Positions 42,774-53,833 of a DNA stretch of 64,000 nucleotides are shown here, piece after piece (position 1 is the stretch's first letter; each line of letters opens with the position of its first letter). Location of the stretch: assembly GCA_965223415.1 (NCBI GenBank), contig OZ245002.1, positions 4,640,001 to 4,704,000 of the forward strand, read 5' to 3'. Origin of the DNA: Myxococcota bacterium (GTDB lineage Bacteria; Myxococcota_A; UBA9160; UBA6930). The position numbers and the translations under genes are program-made. The notes below the pieces were generated by a model. It was not told the origin of the DNA. It did no database searches and saw only the letters and a program-made list of their open reading frames with translations.

Positions 42774-44834
42774 CTACGGGAGCTCGAGAGTGGCGTCGGC
42801 CCCTGCGTCGAGGGTCTCGCGCACCCGGCGGCACAGGTCGTCGGTGCGGACCGGCTTCATCAGCAGGGGGCCGTCGCACGGGGCACTCGCGAGGGCCGGG
42901 CCGCGCTCCGGGTGGCCGGACATGAAGAGGATGAGGGGGCGCGGGTCCCGCTTCACCAGGACCCGGGCGAGCTCGGGGCCTCCCATGCGCGGCATGACCA
43001 CGTCCGATAGCACCAGGTGCACCGGGGCGCGCTCGCGCTCGATCATGCCGAGCGCGTCGATTCCGTCGCGCGCTTCGAGGACGCGGTAGCCCGCCTCTTC
43101 GAGGGTGCGCACGACCAGGGCCCGCACGTCGGCCCGGTCCTCGGCGACGAGGATCGTCTCGTCGCCACGGGGCAGGGGCTCGGCTTCGCCCGCCGCCGCG
43201 GCCCGCGTCTCGTCTTCGGTGGCAGGCAGATCGATGAGCACGGTGGTGCCGTCGCCGGGCTCGCTCTCGACACGGATCTCGCCATCCATGCTGCGGACGA
43301 TCGAGTAGACGACGGCGAGGCCGAGGCCGGTTCCGGAGCCGGGCTCCTTGGTGGTGAAGAACGCCTCGAAGACCCGTTCCCGCGTCCGGGTGTCCATGCC
43401 GACGCCGGAATCAGTGACGGCCAGGCGCACCCGGTCGCCGTGGCGCTCGGTCTCGATGCGCAGGGTGCCACCTTCGGGCATGGCGTCGCGGGCGTTCACG
43501 GCGAGGTTCACCAGGATCTGCTCCAGGTGGGCCGGGTCCGCGAACACCATGGGAAGGCCCGGCTCGAGCTGCAGGGCGAGCAGGACGTCTTCGCCGATCA
43601 GGCGGGAGAGCAGGCTCTCCACCTTGCCAGCCACGTCGTTCAGGTCGACGGGCCGCCGGCGTCCGCGGGCCGGGCGGCTCACGGCCAGGAGCTGTCGCGT
43701 CAGGCCCTCGCCCTGTTCGGCGGCGCGCAGGATCTCCCGAACCATCGCCGGTTCCTCGGTGGCGCTCGCGCTCCCGGCGGTGAGCTGTTGGGCGTAGCCC
43801 ATGATGACCATCAGCAGGTTGTTGAAGTCGTGGGCGACGCCGCCGGCGAGCTGGCCGATCGCCTCCATCTTCTGGGACTGGCGAAGCTCGCTCTCGAGGT
43901 GGAGCCGCTCGGTCAGGTCCCGGGCCACCACCACCACGCGGTGGCGCCCGTCCGGGGTGGCGAAGGCTGTGGCGTCGGGCTCGAGCCAACGCCAGCCGCC
44001 GTCGGCGGTCTGGACGCGCAGGGGCTCGCCGCGGGTGTTGCCCAGGACGACGGCTTCGCGCAGCTGGGAGCGGAAGCGGGCGCCATCCTCCGGATGCACG
44101 CGGGCGGCCAGGTTCGTACCGAGGATCGCGCGGAGGTCCCACCCCAGGGTGGTGTGGTGGCTCGGGCTCGCAAAAAGGATGGCACCCTCCTCGTCGAGCT
44201 CGGAGACGAGGTCACCGCTGTGCTCGGTCACCGCCCGGCTGCGGGCCTCGCTCTCCTCGACGTCGCGCAGGCTGCTCTGGCGCAGGTGGTCGTAGACCAG
44301 GGCGACAGCCAGGAGCAGGCCCTCGAAGACGAGCGCGCCGCGGAAGGCCGATTGGGCCGCGACCTCTGCCGAAACCTCCACCGGGAAGGCGAAGCCCGTT
44401 CGCCGCAGCGCTTCGAGCCCGACGATGAAGGCGCAGCACGCCACGGCCCAGGCCGCGCCGACGCGGGCTCCCCCGAAGACGGTCGCGAGGAGGGGGACGA
44501 GGCCCAGGTAGAAGCTCGCCGACACGAGGGCGCCGCCGGTGGAGGCGGCCACGAAGGCCGGGGCCGCGAAGAGGACGGAGCACAGCAGGTAGCCGAGCGG
44601 TCGCCAGGCCCCCGTGCGGCGCAAGACCGGGGGGATGGCTCCGCCGGCCAGGGCCACGCCCGCGCACACCGCCGCCACCAGCCGCGAGCCCTGGGTGAGC
44701 TGGATCCAGGCGATCCAGGAAGCCGCCGCTGCGGTCAACAGGCCGCCGAGCACGACGGCCCGCGCCGCCCGCACGGCGTCGGGGCCCTGCTGGCGGACCG
44801 ACTCGGGGACGCCCCACGCGAAAGGATCCTGCAC
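42774..44834 (-). CDS. Hybrid sensor kinase (multi-TM, PAS, HisKA, HATPase, REC)
   Basis: [42 protein letters not shown]...SDVVMP. Confidence 0.92.
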   Translation of the reverse strand: MQDPFAWGVPESVRQQGPDAVRAARAVVLGGLLTAAAASWIAWIQLTQGSRLVAAVCAGVALAGGAIPPVLRRTGAWRPLGYLLCSVLFAAPAFVAASTGGALVSASFYLGLVPLLATVFGGARVGAAWAVACCAFIVGLEALRRTGFAFPVEVSAEVAAQSAFRGALVFEGLLLAVALVYDHLRQSSLRDVEESEARSRAVTEHSGDLVSELDEEGAILFASPSHHTTLGWDLRAILGTNLAARVHPEDGARFRSQLREAVVLGNTRGEPLRVQTADGGWRWLEPDATAFATPDGRHRVVVVARDLTERLHLESELRQSQKMEAIGQLAGGVAHDFNNLLMVIMGYAQQLTAGSASATEEPAMVREILRAAEQGEGLTRQLLAVSRPARGRRRPVDLNDVAGKVESLLSRLIGEDVLLALQLEPGLPMVFADPAHLEQILVNLAVNARDAMPEGGTLRIETERHGDRVRLAVTDSGVGMDTRTRERVFEAFFTTKEPGSGTGLGLAVVYSIVRSMDGEIRVESEPGDGTTVLIDLPATEDETRAAAAGEAEPLPRGDETILVAEDRADVRALVVRTLEEAGYRVLEARDGIDALGMIERERAPVHLVLSDVVMPRMGGPELARVLVKRDPRPLILFMSGHPERGPALASAPCDGPLLMKPVRTDDLCRRVRETLDAGADATLELP

Positions 44835-44843
44835 GCCCGGATC

Positions 44844-45731
44844 CTAGGGGGAAGCCACACCCGAGCGCGATGCGGGATTCCCCTCATCCCCCTCGCCGGG
44901 CCGGCTCCCGCGGGCCGGGTTCGGGAAGAAGAGCTGCTGGCCGTCGACCCGGAACTCGGCGATCGCTCGCTGCCCCTCGGGGCCGGTCAGCCAGTCGATG
45001 AAGGCGCGACCTTCCGCCGCCTTCACGTGAGGATGGCGTTCGGGGCTCACGAGCAGGACTCCGTAGGGGTTGTGGAGGCGCGAATCCCCCTCGACCAGCA
45101 CCTCGAAGTCGCGCCGGTTCCGGAAGCTGATCCAGGTGCCGCGATCGGTCAGGGTGTAGGCCTGCATCGCCACGGCCGTGTTGAGGGTGGCGCCCATCCC
45201 GGCGCCGGTCTCGCGGTACCAGCTGCCGCTGGCGCTGCTCGGATCGATCCCGGCGTCCTTCCACAGGGCCCGCTCCTTCGTGTGGGTGCCGCTGTCGTCG
45301 CCCCGGGAGGCGAAAGGCACCTCCTGTCCAGCGAGCCTGCGCAAGGCGGCCGCTGCATCGGTCCGGCCGCGGAGGCCGGCCGGATCGCCGGCGGGACCGA
45401 CGATCACGAAGTCGTTGAACATGACGTCTCGCCGCATGCTGCCGTGCCCGTCGGCGAGGAAGGCGTCCTCCCGGGCGCGGGCGTGCACCAGCAGCACGTC
45501 CCCGTCGCCGTTTCGCGCGTTCCTGAGGGCCTGGCCCGTTCCCACGGCGACGACCCGCACGCCGATGCCCGTCGCCCTCCGGAAGCGCGGGATCAGATCG
45601 TCGAGCAGACCGGAGTTCTGTGTGGAGGTCGTGGATTGGAGCAGGAGGGTGCGCTCGGCGTTCCCCGCATGGCTGGCCGTCGGTATCAGCAGCGCCAGGG
45701 CGACGAGGACGAGCGAAGGCAGGCGCGGCAC
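44844..45731 (-). CDS. tupA: Tungstate ABC transporter substrate-binding protein
   Basis: TTSTQNSGLL, VGTGQAL, DVLLVHA, NDFVIVGP, SRGDDSGTH, YTLTDRGT, NPYGV. Confidence 0.88.
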   Translation of the reverse strand: MPRLPSLVLVALALLIPTASHAGNAERTLLLQSTTSTQNSGLLDDLIPRFRRATGIGVRVVAVGTGQALRNARNGDGDVLLVHARAREDAFLADGHGSMRRDVMFNDFVIVGPAGDPAGLRGRTDAAAALRRLAGQEVPFASRGDDSGTHTKERALWKDAGIDPSSASGSWYRETGAGMGATLNTAVAMQAYTLTDRGTWISFRNRRDFEVLVEGDSRLHNPYGVLLVSPERHPHVKAAEGRAFIDWLTGPEGQRAIAEFRVDGQQLFFPNPARGSRPGEGDEGNPASRSGVASP

Positions 45732-45732
45732 C

Positions 45733-47016
45733 TCAGAACCTCACGACCAGGTCGGTCTGCAGGAGCGTCCGTTCTGCGCCCGAGAGGGATCCGGCGAAGG
45801 CCGACCCGCGCTCCACCGGTTCCCCGAAGAAGAGGGCGACCTTCAGGTCCGTGCTCGGGAGCACCTCCCTTGTGGCCTTGAGGACGATCACCTCCCGGTT
45901 GGCCCGTCCGTCCAGGAGCGGGGAGTCGGTGAACTGGCCCGGCCAGGCGTTCGCCTCGAGCCGGAAGAAGCCCACCTCGAGCTTCGCCAGCTTGCGCTTG
46001 TCGCCCACCTCGAGCCCGAAGCCGAAGCCCAGGTCTTCTTCGCCGGCGTCGGGGTGGAGCGCGTGGCGGGCAGCGTCGTGGTTCTTCACGACGTGGCCGT
46101 ACACGAGCACCGGCCAGTCTTCGTTGCCGCTCCAGCGCAGGTAGGCGGCGAGCTCCGTGGCCGAGAGGCCGCCGTTGCCGCTGGCCGTACCGTTCAGGCC
46201 GAAGCGCAGGCCGCCCGCAGCCGCCGCGCGGCCGAGGAAAGCCGGATCGAGGGAGCGCCACTCGTAGTGGGTGACACGGCCGCCGGCCTGCCACGCCGCC
46301 GCCGGCTCCCAGAGGGCGCCGAGCTGGAGCCCGAGCAGGTGGGGATCCCGAGCCGCGCTGTTCTCGTCCGCGATCAGGTAGGCCGCGCGGGCGAAGAGCC
46401 GTGCATCGCCCAGGTCGTCCGAGTCCCACGCGAGGGCCGCCCCCTCGAGGGAGAGATCGCGATCCCACAGCATCGAGTCTGGCCCGTGCTTCCAGCGGAA
46501 GGGCACACCCATCTTGCCCAGCCGCAGTCGGGCCGTCCCAGCCAGGGGAAGCAGCGTCTCCGGTGCGCGCAGTTCGAGGTGGGCGCGATCGATGAACAGC
46601 CCGTCCGGGTCGAAGTCGTCGCCCGCGCCGAAGGTCTGGTTGGCGCTGCGGGGCCGGCCGCCCGAGGCGAGCCGGAGGGTCACGTCCGCCCACGGGTTGA
46701 TGCGGGCGCGGCCCTGGAGACGAAGGCGGTAGCGGCCCCGGGAGCGGTCGGATCGGTCCACCCCCAGCGGGTCGCGGTTGAACCAGAACTGCTCGTAGCG
46801 CGCCCGGAAGTCGCCGGACCACTCGATCTGCGCCAGGGCGGCCTTGCGGGCCGTCCAGCGCTCGTGGCGGGAGGCGAGATCGGCGTACTCGGCATCGTCG
46901 ACCAGGCCGCGCGCGTGCAGGATGGCCAGGACCTCACGCACCACGCTCTCCTCCTCGGCGGCGGCTGGCGAAGCGAGGAGGAGAAGAACGGCAAGGGCGG
47001 GAGCGAGGGCGGACAT
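45733..47016 (-). CDS. Putative outer-membrane beta-barrel porin
   Basis: Signal peptide, WSGDFRARYE, RGRYRLRL, alternating beta-strands, terminal Phe (TDLVVRF). Confidence 0.75.
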   Translation of the reverse strand: MSALAPALAVLLLLASPAAAEEESVVREVLAILHARGLVDDAEYADLASRHERWTARKAALAQIEWSGDFRARYEQFWFNRDPLGVDRSDRSRGRYRLRLQGRARINPWADVTLRLASGGRPRSANQTFGAGDDFDPDGLFIDRAHLELRAPETLLPLAGTARLRLGKMGVPFRWKHGPDSMLWDRDLSLEGAALAWDSDDLGDARLFARAAYLIADENSAARDPHLLGLQLGALWEPAAAWQAGGRVTHYEWRSLDPAFLGRAAAAGGLRFGLNGTASGNGGLSATELAAYLRWSGNEDWPVLVYGHVVKNHDAARHALHPDAGEEDLGFGFGLEVGDKRKLAKLEVGFFRLEANAWPGQFTDSPLLDGRANREVIVLKATREVLPSTDLKVALFFGEPVERGSAFAGSLSGAERTLLQTDLVVRF

Positions 47017-47028
47017 CGGGCCTCCGGG

Positions 47029-47052
47029 CGCTATTCCCGCGGAGGTATAGCT
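47029..47052. promoter_or_regulatory. Putative ModE box
   Basis: GCTAT-N12-ATAGC, same spacing as the ModE consensus CGNTATATA-N6-TATATANCG; lies between modE and the porin. Confidence 0.55.
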
Positions 47053-47057
47053 GCTCC

Positions 47058-47384
47058 TCAACGCACCTGCTTCTCGATCCGCCGGAGGTCCCGGCCCACG
47101 GCGCGCAAGGCGGCCTTCTCCATCGCGTGGTAGCGCTGGATCAACTCCTCGCCGAAGGGGGTGAGGGCCGCGCCGCGGGACGAGGTGGCGACGACAGGCT
47201 CGCGGAAGCACGTGTTCAGGTCGTCGATGCGCTCCCACGCCTGCCGATAGCCCAGGTCCGACGCCCGAGCGGCCGCCGAGATGGAGCCGTGCTCCCGGAC
47301 CGCCTCCAGTAGCGCCACCTTGCCCGGGCCCAGCTTGGAGCCCTCGTCGGTACCGAAGTAGAACCCGATCCGGACCCGCGTCAC
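47058..47384 (-). CDS. modE: Short ModE-family regulator (HTH only)
   Basis: LGPGKVALLEAVREHGSISAAAR..LGYRQAW..IDDLN..F.EPVV; no TOBE domain. Confidence 0.8.
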   Translation of the reverse strand: MTRVRIGFYFGTDEGSKLGPGKVALLEAVREHGSISAAARASDLGYRQAWERIDDLNTCFREPVVATSSRGAALTPFGEELIQRYHAMEKAALRAVGRDLRRIEKQVR

Positions 47385-47429
47385 GGGGCGCCCACACGGG
47401 TCCGCGCGGCGGCCGATCGGAGCCCGATG

Positions 47430-48719
47430 TCAGTAGTCGTAGCCGCGCTCCTCGTGCAGGCTCACGTCGAGGCCGCGGGTCTCGTCTTCGTCGGTCACGC
47501 GCAGGCCGATGACGGCGCTCACCGCCTTCAGGATCACGTAGCTCGCGAGGGCCGTGTAGACGACCGTGATGCCGGCGGCCAGCAGCTGCACGCCGAGCTG
47601 CGAACCGATGGCGAGCGCTCCCTGGTTGCCGCCGAAGACCTCCGACGCGAAGACCGCCGCCAGCACGGTGCCGACGAAGCCGCCGACGCCGTGCACCCCA
47701 AACACGTCCAGGGAGTCGTCGTAGCCGAGGGCGCGCTTCATGCTGGTCGATGCGAGGTAGCAGACGGCGCCGGAGGCGAGGCCGATCGCGAGCCCTCCGA
47801 CTGGTCCGATGTACCCGGAGGCCGGCGTCACCGCGGCCAGGCCGGCGATCGCCCCGGTGGCGATGCCCAGCACGCTCGGCTTGCCGTGCCGCACCCACTC
47901 GATCACCATCCAGGTGGCCGCCGCCGTGGCCGCCGAGATCTGGGTCACGACCGCCGCCATGGCCGCGCCGCCGTTGGCGCCGAGGGCGCTGCCCCCGTTG
48001 AAGCCGTACCAGCCCACCCAGAGTATGCCCGTGCCGGTGACGCACATGGTCATGTTGTGGGGGAGCATCGGCGTTCGGGGATAGCCGGAGCGGGGGCCGA
48101 TGACGATGCACGCCACCAGCGCACCGACTCCGGCGGTGATGTGCACGACGATGCCGCCCGCGAAGTCGAAGACCCCGAGCTCGCCGAACCAGCCGCCGCC
48201 CCAGGTCATGTGACAGATGGGCAGGTAGACGACGACCAGCCACAGCACGCAGAACCAGAGCATGGAGCTGAACTTCATGCGCTCGGCGAAGGCGCCGACC
48301 ATCAGGGCCGGCGTGATGATGGCGAAGGTCATCTGGAACAGGAAGAAGAGCACCTCCGGAATCGTCCCGGAGAGGGCGTCGCCGGTGATGCCGCGCAGGA
48401 AGCTCTTGCCGAAGCCGCCGATCAGCGCACCGCCTTCTTCGAAGGCCAGGCTGTAGCCGAAGGCCGTCCACAGCACGGTGATCACCGCCGCGAGGGCCAG
48501 GCACTGCATCAGCACCGAGAGCACGTTCTTGGTCCGAACCAGCCCGCCGTAGAAGAGGGCCAGGCCGGGGAGGGTCATGAACAGGACGAGCGCGGTGGAG
48601 GCCAGGATCCAGGCCGTGTCGCCGGTATCCAGGGCATCCTCTGCCCAGGCCGGGGCGGCGAGCACGAGGGCCACCGCGGCGGGAAGGAGCAGACGGACGC
48701 GAGACAGCCAGGTGGACAT
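47430..48719 (-). CDS. amtB: Ammonium transporter
   Basis: MTLPGLALFYGG, FQMTFAIIT, DFAGGIVVHITAG, GWYGFNGGS, DDSLDVFGVHG. Confidence 0.96.
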   Translation of the reverse strand: MSTWLSRVRLLLPAAVALVLAAPAWAEDALDTGDTAWILASTALVLFMTLPGLALFYGGLVRTKNVLSVLMQCLALAAVITVLWTAFGYSLAFEEGGALIGGFGKSFLRGITGDALSGTIPEVLFFLFQMTFAIITPALMVGAFAERMKFSSMLWFCVLWLVVVYLPICHMTWGGGWFGELGVFDFAGGIVVHITAGVGALVACIVIGPRSGYPRTPMLPHNMTMCVTGTGILWVGWYGFNGGSALGANGGAAMAAVVTQISAATAAATWMVIEWVRHGKPSVLGIATGAIAGLAAVTPASGYIGPVGGLAIGLASGAVCYLASTSMKRALGYDDSLDVFGVHGVGGFVGTVLAAVFASEVFGGNQGALAIGSQLGVQLLAAGITVVYTALASYVILKAVSAVIGLRVTDEDETRGLDVSLHEERGYDY

Positions 48720-48845
48720 GGGGCACCTCGGGGCAGGAGTGGACGGGGCGTTTGGTACTCCTCTCCTGGTGGGCGCGTCCAGCCCCTCGTCGCCCGAAAA
48801 TCGCGTTCTGTGCTGGTAGGGGCACAAATTTGTGGGGGATCCGGC

Positions 48846-50357
48846 CTAGGCGGCGTCCTCCAGGAGCTGGATCATGGCGGCCCGCCCGGGGCCGAGCTCC
48901 GGCTCCTCTCGCTGGTCGCGGCCCTGGTAGACGTCGAGCACCCGCCGCAGCACCTCGGGGTTCTGCATCAGGTCGCCGGGCGGGTCGAGCAGGTTGAAGC
49001 CGCGCAGGAAGGCGCGCAGCACGGTGGCGTCGAGGCGCAGCGCCGGCACGAAGCCCCGGCGCATGAGGTCCCGCAGGTAGGCCTTGGGATCCACCACGCC
49101 GCCGGGGCTCGGGGCCTCTTCGTCGGCGCCGCTGCGGAGCTTCTCGGCCCAGGCCGCGGCGTCCCGGTCCTGGCCGCGGGCCAGGTCGTACCACGGCACG
49201 ATCTCCCGCTCGACGTCCGCCTCCAGGGCGAGGGCCAGGGCCTCGTCGTCGTACGGGTGCTCGGCCAGTCGATCCGCCAGCAGTGCCGCGTGCACCAGGG
49301 CGAAGGCGCAGCCCCGTCCGTAGAGCGGGTTCGAGTGGATCGCGGCGTCGCCGATCGCCACCACGCCCAGGGCGAGGAGCCGGCCGTCCTGCACGAAGAG
49401 GCGCCGCGTGTTGCGCAGGCCATCCATGGGATGGACCTCGCTGATCGGCTCCGCGACCGCCGGGTCGACCCAGGCGCGGGTCGCCGGCAGGGCCTCGGCG
49501 GCGGCGGTGAACGGCGCGCTGCGCAGGAGCGCGCGGAGCGGGCGGTCCTTCGGTGCGGCGGCGAAGGTGACGGAGAAGATCTTGGAATCGCCATGGAAGA
49601 TCGCGTACTTCAGGTAGCCCAGGTCGGCGCCGATCGTGGTATCCCGCTCCGGGGGCTCCACGCCGGGCCGCAGGGCGTAGAAGCGCGAGCAGTAGAAGAT
49701 GCCGCAGGGCTCCGACTCCACCTCCGGAACCGGCGCGCCGATCTCCCCGAGCCAACGGCCCAGCGGGGAGCGCCGGCCCGAGGCGTCGACCACGAGATCG
49801 GCCTCGAGGATCCGCTGCTGTCCCCCCTGCACGTAGCTCAGGCCGCGGACGCGAACCGGAGCGCTCGCATCGTCGGCGAGGAGTCCGCCGACCTCGGCGC
49901 CGTCGATCAGCTCGACCCGGGGCTCGTCCGTGGAGATGCGATGGAGCACCCACTCGAAGGTGAGGCGCCGGCAGGCCAGGAGGGTGAGATCGTCGTCGCC
50001 GGGGCGCGGGCTCGGGTCGTCGATGCCCTCCCGCAGCAGGTTGGCGATCGGCAGCTCCTCGGCGCCGGCCTCGAGCAGGGCCTCCAGCACGTCGGGGAGC
50101 CGGTCGCGCAGCAGGTTGCGCAGCCGGGCCAGGAAGGCGTGGGAGTGGCGGGCCTGAGGGGCTCCGCGGCGTTCCCAGGTCTCGAAGGCGCTGCGGGGAT
50201 CTTCGGGGAGCGGGGTGTCGTCGCGTTCGAGGAGCGTGACGCGATGGCCCGCCCGCCCCAGCAGCAGCGCGCAGCCGAGCCCCGCAATGCCCGCGCCCAC
50301 CACGGCGACGTGTTTCGCCCCAGGGCTTCCCCCGGCCGGAGCGACGTGACTCGTCAC
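48846..50357 (-). CDS. FAD-dependent oxidoreductase/monooxygenase
   Basis: VAVVGAGIAG, LLERD, VVDASGRRS, IGDAAIHSNPLYGRG. Confidence 0.85.
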   Translation of the reverse strand: MTSHVAPAGGSPGAKHVAVVGAGIAGLGCALLLGRAGHRVTLLERDDTPLPEDPRSAFETWERRGAPQARHSHAFLARLRNLLRDRLPDVLEALLEAGAEELPIANLLREGIDDPSPRPGDDDLTLLACRRLTFEWVLHRISTDEPRVELIDGAEVGGLLADDASAPVRVRGLSYVQGGQQRILEADLVVDASGRRSPLGRWLGEIGAPVPEVESEPCGIFYCSRFYALRPGVEPPERDTTIGADLGYLKYAIFHGDSKIFSVTFAAAPKDRPLRALLRSAPFTAAAEALPATRAWVDPAVAEPISEVHPMDGLRNTRRLFVQDGRLLALGVVAIGDAAIHSNPLYGRGCAFALVHAALLADRLAEHPYDDEALALALEADVEREIVPWYDLARGQDRDAAAWAEKLRSGADEEAPSPGGVVDPKAYLRDLMRRGFVPALRLDATVLRAFLRGFNLLDPPGDLMQNPEVLRRVLDVYQGRDQREEPELGPGRAAMIQLLEDAA

Positions 50358-50872
50358 AGGGCGCCCTCCCGACGCAATGAGTCGATCAGCGCCTCGGGCA
50401 GCGCGGCCCGGGTGTCGCTCTCGAAGAGCAGCGGCTGGTCCCCCCGCCATTCCGCATCGCATTCCCGCTGCCACGGGAAGTGTCCGCCCGGATCCGGCCA
50501 GAAGCACTGGAGACAAGGCACGTCGTCCCGCTGGTAGTGCCAGGCGGCGTTGCCGAGGAAGGGATCCCGCCACTTCGGCGCGAGGTCGCGGAAGGCGAGC
50601 GCCCCCTGCTCGAGGAGCCCCGGGGCTTCCTCGCCCGACGCGAAGCGCCGGCCGCGGCGGATTGCCTCGCCCACGTGGTTCAGCAGGCGCGCCAGCACCT
50701 GCAGGTCGATGCCGAACACCAGCACCTCGGGGTGCTCGAAGCCCTCGAACAGCCCGATCGTGTGGGCCCATCCGGGCGCCGACTCCTCCGGCGGAACGAG
50801 CACCAGATGCCAGCCGTGGCGGGCGATGTCGTGGCGTACCCGGGCCTCGATCTCGTCCTGGACGTCGCTCAT
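50354..50872 (-). CDS. DUF4262-like protein
   Basis: IARHGW...WAHTIGL...HPEVLVFG...LQCFWPD..G.FPW. Confidence 0.75.
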   Translation of the reverse strand: MSDVQDEIEARVRHDIARHGWHLVLVPPEESAPGWAHTIGLFEGFEHPEVLVFGIDLQVLARLLNHVGEAIRRGRRFASGEEAPGLLEQGALAFRDLAPKWRDPFLGNAAWHYQRDDVPCLQCFWPDPGGHFPWQRECDAEWRGDQPLLFESDTRAALPEALIDSLRREGAL

Positions 50873-50902
50873 CGCGGCGCGAGGCTACCGGTCGGCGGCT
50901 CT

Positions 50903-53803
50903 TCAGGCGAGCAGGGCGAGGAGATCATCGCGGGTGATGCGGCCCGCGGCGCCGGCCTCGGACAGGGCCGCGTCGGCCAGCTTCCGTTTCTCCTCCTGGA
51001 GCGCGAGGATGCGCTCCTCCACGGTCTGCTCCGCCACCATGCGGTAGACGAAGACCGGCCGCTCCTGGCCGATGCGGTGGGCGCGATCTGCCGCCTGCTC
51101 CTCCACCGCCGGGTTCCACCAGGGGTCGAGCAGGAACACGTGATCGGCCGCGGTGAGGTTGAGGCCGGTTCCGCCGGCACGCAGCGAGATCAGGAAGACG
51201 GGCGGGCCGCCCGGCTCGGAGAAGGCGCGCACGACCGCCCCACGGTCCCGGGTCGAGCCGTCGAGCCGGGTGAAGGCCAGTCCCGCCGCGGCGAGCCGCG
51301 GCTCCACCAGGTCGAGGAGCGAGGTCCACTGGGAGAACACCAGGGCCTTGTGGCCCTCGGAGACGGCGGTCTCGAGCCGGTCCTGGAGGAGCGCGAGCTT
51401 GGCGGAGGCGTCGGCGGTCTGGCCGGGCAGCAGGCGCGGGTGGCAGCAGGCCTGGCGCAGACGCAGCAGGGCCTCGAGCGCCGCCAGCACGCTGCCGCCG
51501 CCTTCGAGCTGGCGCACCACCTCGTCCCGGGTGGCCGCACGCACCGCGTCGTAGATGGTGCGCTCCTCCTCGGAGAGCATGCAGTGGAGCACCATCTCGG
51601 TGCGGGGCGGCAGCTCCGGCGCCACGTCCGCCTTGCGCCGGCGCAGCACGAAGGGGCGCAGACGCTCGCGCAGGTGCCGGAGGGCGTCTTCGTCGCCCTG
51701 GGCGATCGGGCGCGCATAACGTTCCTCGAAGTCCCGGCGGCCCCCGAGCAGGCCGGGGTTCAGGAAGTGGAGCTGGCTCCAGAGCTCGTCGAGGCGGTTC
51801 TCTACCGGTGTGCCGGTGAGGGTGATGCGCTGGTCCGCCCGCAACGTGTAGGCGGCCTGGGCCACCTGGCTATCCGGGTTCTTGATGGCCTGGGCCTCGT
51901 CGAGGACGACCGCCGGCCAGCGGCGCCCGGCGAGGGCTTCCCGGTCGCGACGCAGGAGCGCGTAGGTGGTGAGGGTGACGTCGGCCTGGTCGTCGAGCTC
52001 GCGACCGGCGCCGTGGTAGACGGCCACCGAGAGGTTGGGGCGGAAGCGGCGGATCTCTTCCTCCCAGTTGGGCAGCAGGCTCGTCGGCGCCACCACCAGG
52101 CTGCCAGGGCCGATGGCACAAAGGGCCTGGAGCGTCTTGCCGAGGCCCATGTCGTCGGCGAGGAGGCCGCCCAGGCCGGCCTTGCGCAGGAAGGCGAGCC
52201 AGCGCACGCCTTCCTGCTGGTAGTCGCGCAGCTCGGCGCGGAGGTCCTGGGGAAGCGGGCTCTCCGGGAGGGCGTCCGGGCCTTCGAGGAGCTGGCGCAG
52301 GGGCCCCAGGGCCGCGGGGGGCGGATGGTCGAGGTCGGCGCACAGCCGGCCCAGGTCGGGCAGGGCGGCGGCGCCGACACGCCCCTCCGCGTCCCGGGCG
52401 GCCAGGAGGTCGGCGACCTGGCGGCCGAAGCGCGCCAGCCAATCGGCGGGAAGGGGAGCGAAGCCGCCGCCCTCCAGCGGAACGAGGGAGCGGCCGCCGC
52501 GCCAGGCCGCGAGCACGGTCTCGGCGGAGACCTGCCCGTCGCCGCCCGTCGGTGCGAAGTCGAGGCTCACCCGATCGTCCTCGATCGAAAGGGCCGCCTC
52601 CAGGGGGGCGGCGTGGAAGAAGCTGCGCTCGGGCTCACCGCGTACGACGGCGAGCCGGCCCATCTTCGGCACCAGCTCGAGGGCGCTCTCGGCTTCGAGC
52701 AGGGTGCGGTGGCCCGGCGTGAGCCCCAGGCTCTTGCGCAGTCGGTCGGCCAGGCGCTGCTCTTCCGCTTCGTCGCGGATCGGCACGGCGCCGCCCAGGT
52801 GGACCAGACGTCCCGCATCCACGCGGGCGGTGGGCGGATCGCCGTAGACGAGGAGCGGCAGCACCGAGAGCCGATCGCCCTCGCGCCCGGTCTCCAGCAC
52901 GAGCCGCGGCGGCACCCGCTCGGTTTCGGGCAGCGCGTCGGTCTCGATGCGCACCGGGACGCGGCGCTCGAGCTCCGGCAGCACGTCGGCCAGGAGCTCG
53001 GGCAGGGCCTCGGCGGGGAAGCGGCGGCCGCGGGCGAGCTCTTCCGCCTCGCGACCGGTCAGGCGGCTCGGCGCGAGCTCGCGGATCTCGTCGCCGCAGC
53101 GGACGAGGCCCGCGCCGAGCTGCTCGTCGATGGTGGGCTCGAGGGCGCAGACGAGCCGAAAGCCCCCGTCCTCGGCCAGCAGCCGCACGAGGGTGACGAC
53201 CGCCTCGCCGCTCGTCCGGATGGGCTCGCCGTCGAGGGACACGTCGCCGCAGCCTTCGAGGGCCGCGAGCAGGCTGCGCATGACGCCGCGGGGCATCGGG
53301 CCCGAGTGGCGGGTGCCGAGGGCGCGCTCGGCGGCGAGATCCGCCTGGGTCGGGCTCACCGGCGGGCCGTCGACGCGGCCCGTCGCCAGGGCGGTGAGAG
53401 TCGTCGTGAGGCGTTCTTCGCACTGGCCATCTACGATGGCTCGCTCGAAGGCGAGGCCGTCGCCCGTGCGGGCGAGCCGATAGGCCACCCGGCCGCCGCT
53501 CGTGCCCTCGCCGGCGGCGGGCAGCGTCTTGCCCTCGCGCTCGGCGCGCCGCAGCGCGATCACTGCCGCCGCCACGTGCTCGCAGGGATCCTCGCCTCCC
53601 GGGCAATCGCACTCCCACTCCGCGTCGCCCACGTAGAGCACGACGGTCGGGTGGATCACCCCGGCCGAGGGACGCACCCGCAGGATCAGCTCGTCCTCGT
53701 CGCCGCCCTCGCGAGTGACCGCATCGCTGCGCGCGAGCTCGACGCCCCGGGACCACGCCGCCTTCGACGCCTGCGCGCGCACCGTGTCGAAGAGCTCGTC
53801 CAC
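50903..53803 (-). CDS. SNF2-family helicase with N-terminal SWIM zinc finger
   Basis: CDC...[46 protein letters not shown]. Confidence 0.93.
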   Translation of the reverse strand: MDELFDTVRAQASKAAWSRGVELARSDAVTREGGDEDELILRVRPSAGVIHPTVVLYVGDAEWECDCPGGEDPCEHVAAAVIALRRAEREGKTLPAAGEGTSGGRVAYRLARTGDGLAFERAIVDGQCEERLTTTLTALATGRVDGPPVSPTQADLAAERALGTRHSGPMPRGVMRSLLAALEGCGDVSLDGEPIRTSGEAVVTLVRLLAEDGGFRLVCALEPTIDEQLGAGLVRCGDEIRELAPSRLTGREAEELARGRRFPAEALPELLADVLPELERRVPVRIETDALPETERVPPRLVLETGREGDRLSVLPLLVYGDPPTARVDAGRLVHLGGAVPIRDEAEEQRLADRLRKSLGLTPGHRTLLEAESALELVPKMGRLAVVRGEPERSFFHAAPLEAALSIEDDRVSLDFAPTGGDGQVSAETVLAAWRGGRSLVPLEGGGFAPLPADWLARFGRQVADLLAARDAEGRVGAAALPDLGRLCADLDHPPPAALGPLRQLLEGPDALPESPLPQDLRAELRDYQQEGVRWLAFLRKAGLGGLLADDMGLGKTLQALCAIGPGSLVVAPTSLLPNWEEEIRRFRPNLSVAVYHGAGRELDDQADVTLTTYALLRRDREALAGRRWPAVVLDEAQAIKNPDSQVAQAAYTLRADQRITLTGTPVENRLDELWSQLHFLNPGLLGGRRDFEERYARPIAQGDEDALRHLRERLRPFVLRRRKADVAPELPPRTEMVLHCMLSEEERTIYDAVRAATRDEVVRQLEGGGSVLAALEALLRLRQACCHPRLLPGQTADASAKLALLQDRLETAVSEGHKALVFSQWTSLLDLVEPRLAAAGLAFTRLDGSTRDRGAVVRAFSEPGGPPVFLISLRAGGTGLNLTAADHVFLLDPWWNPAVEEQAADRAHRIGQERPVFVYRMVAEQTVEERILALQEEKRKLADAALSEAGAAGRITRDDLLALLA

Positions 53804-53833
53804 TCCGCGAACCTAGCGGCTACGATTCGGCGC

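Noticed and set aside
45733..49953. 1406-aa ORF
   Set aside because: Only 45733-47016 (porin) is credible; the rest overlaps modE, amtB and the oxidoreductase in other frames
50480..53833. Giant N-terminal extension of greB
   Set aside because: Antisense shadow of the SNF2 gene; greB starts at 53834
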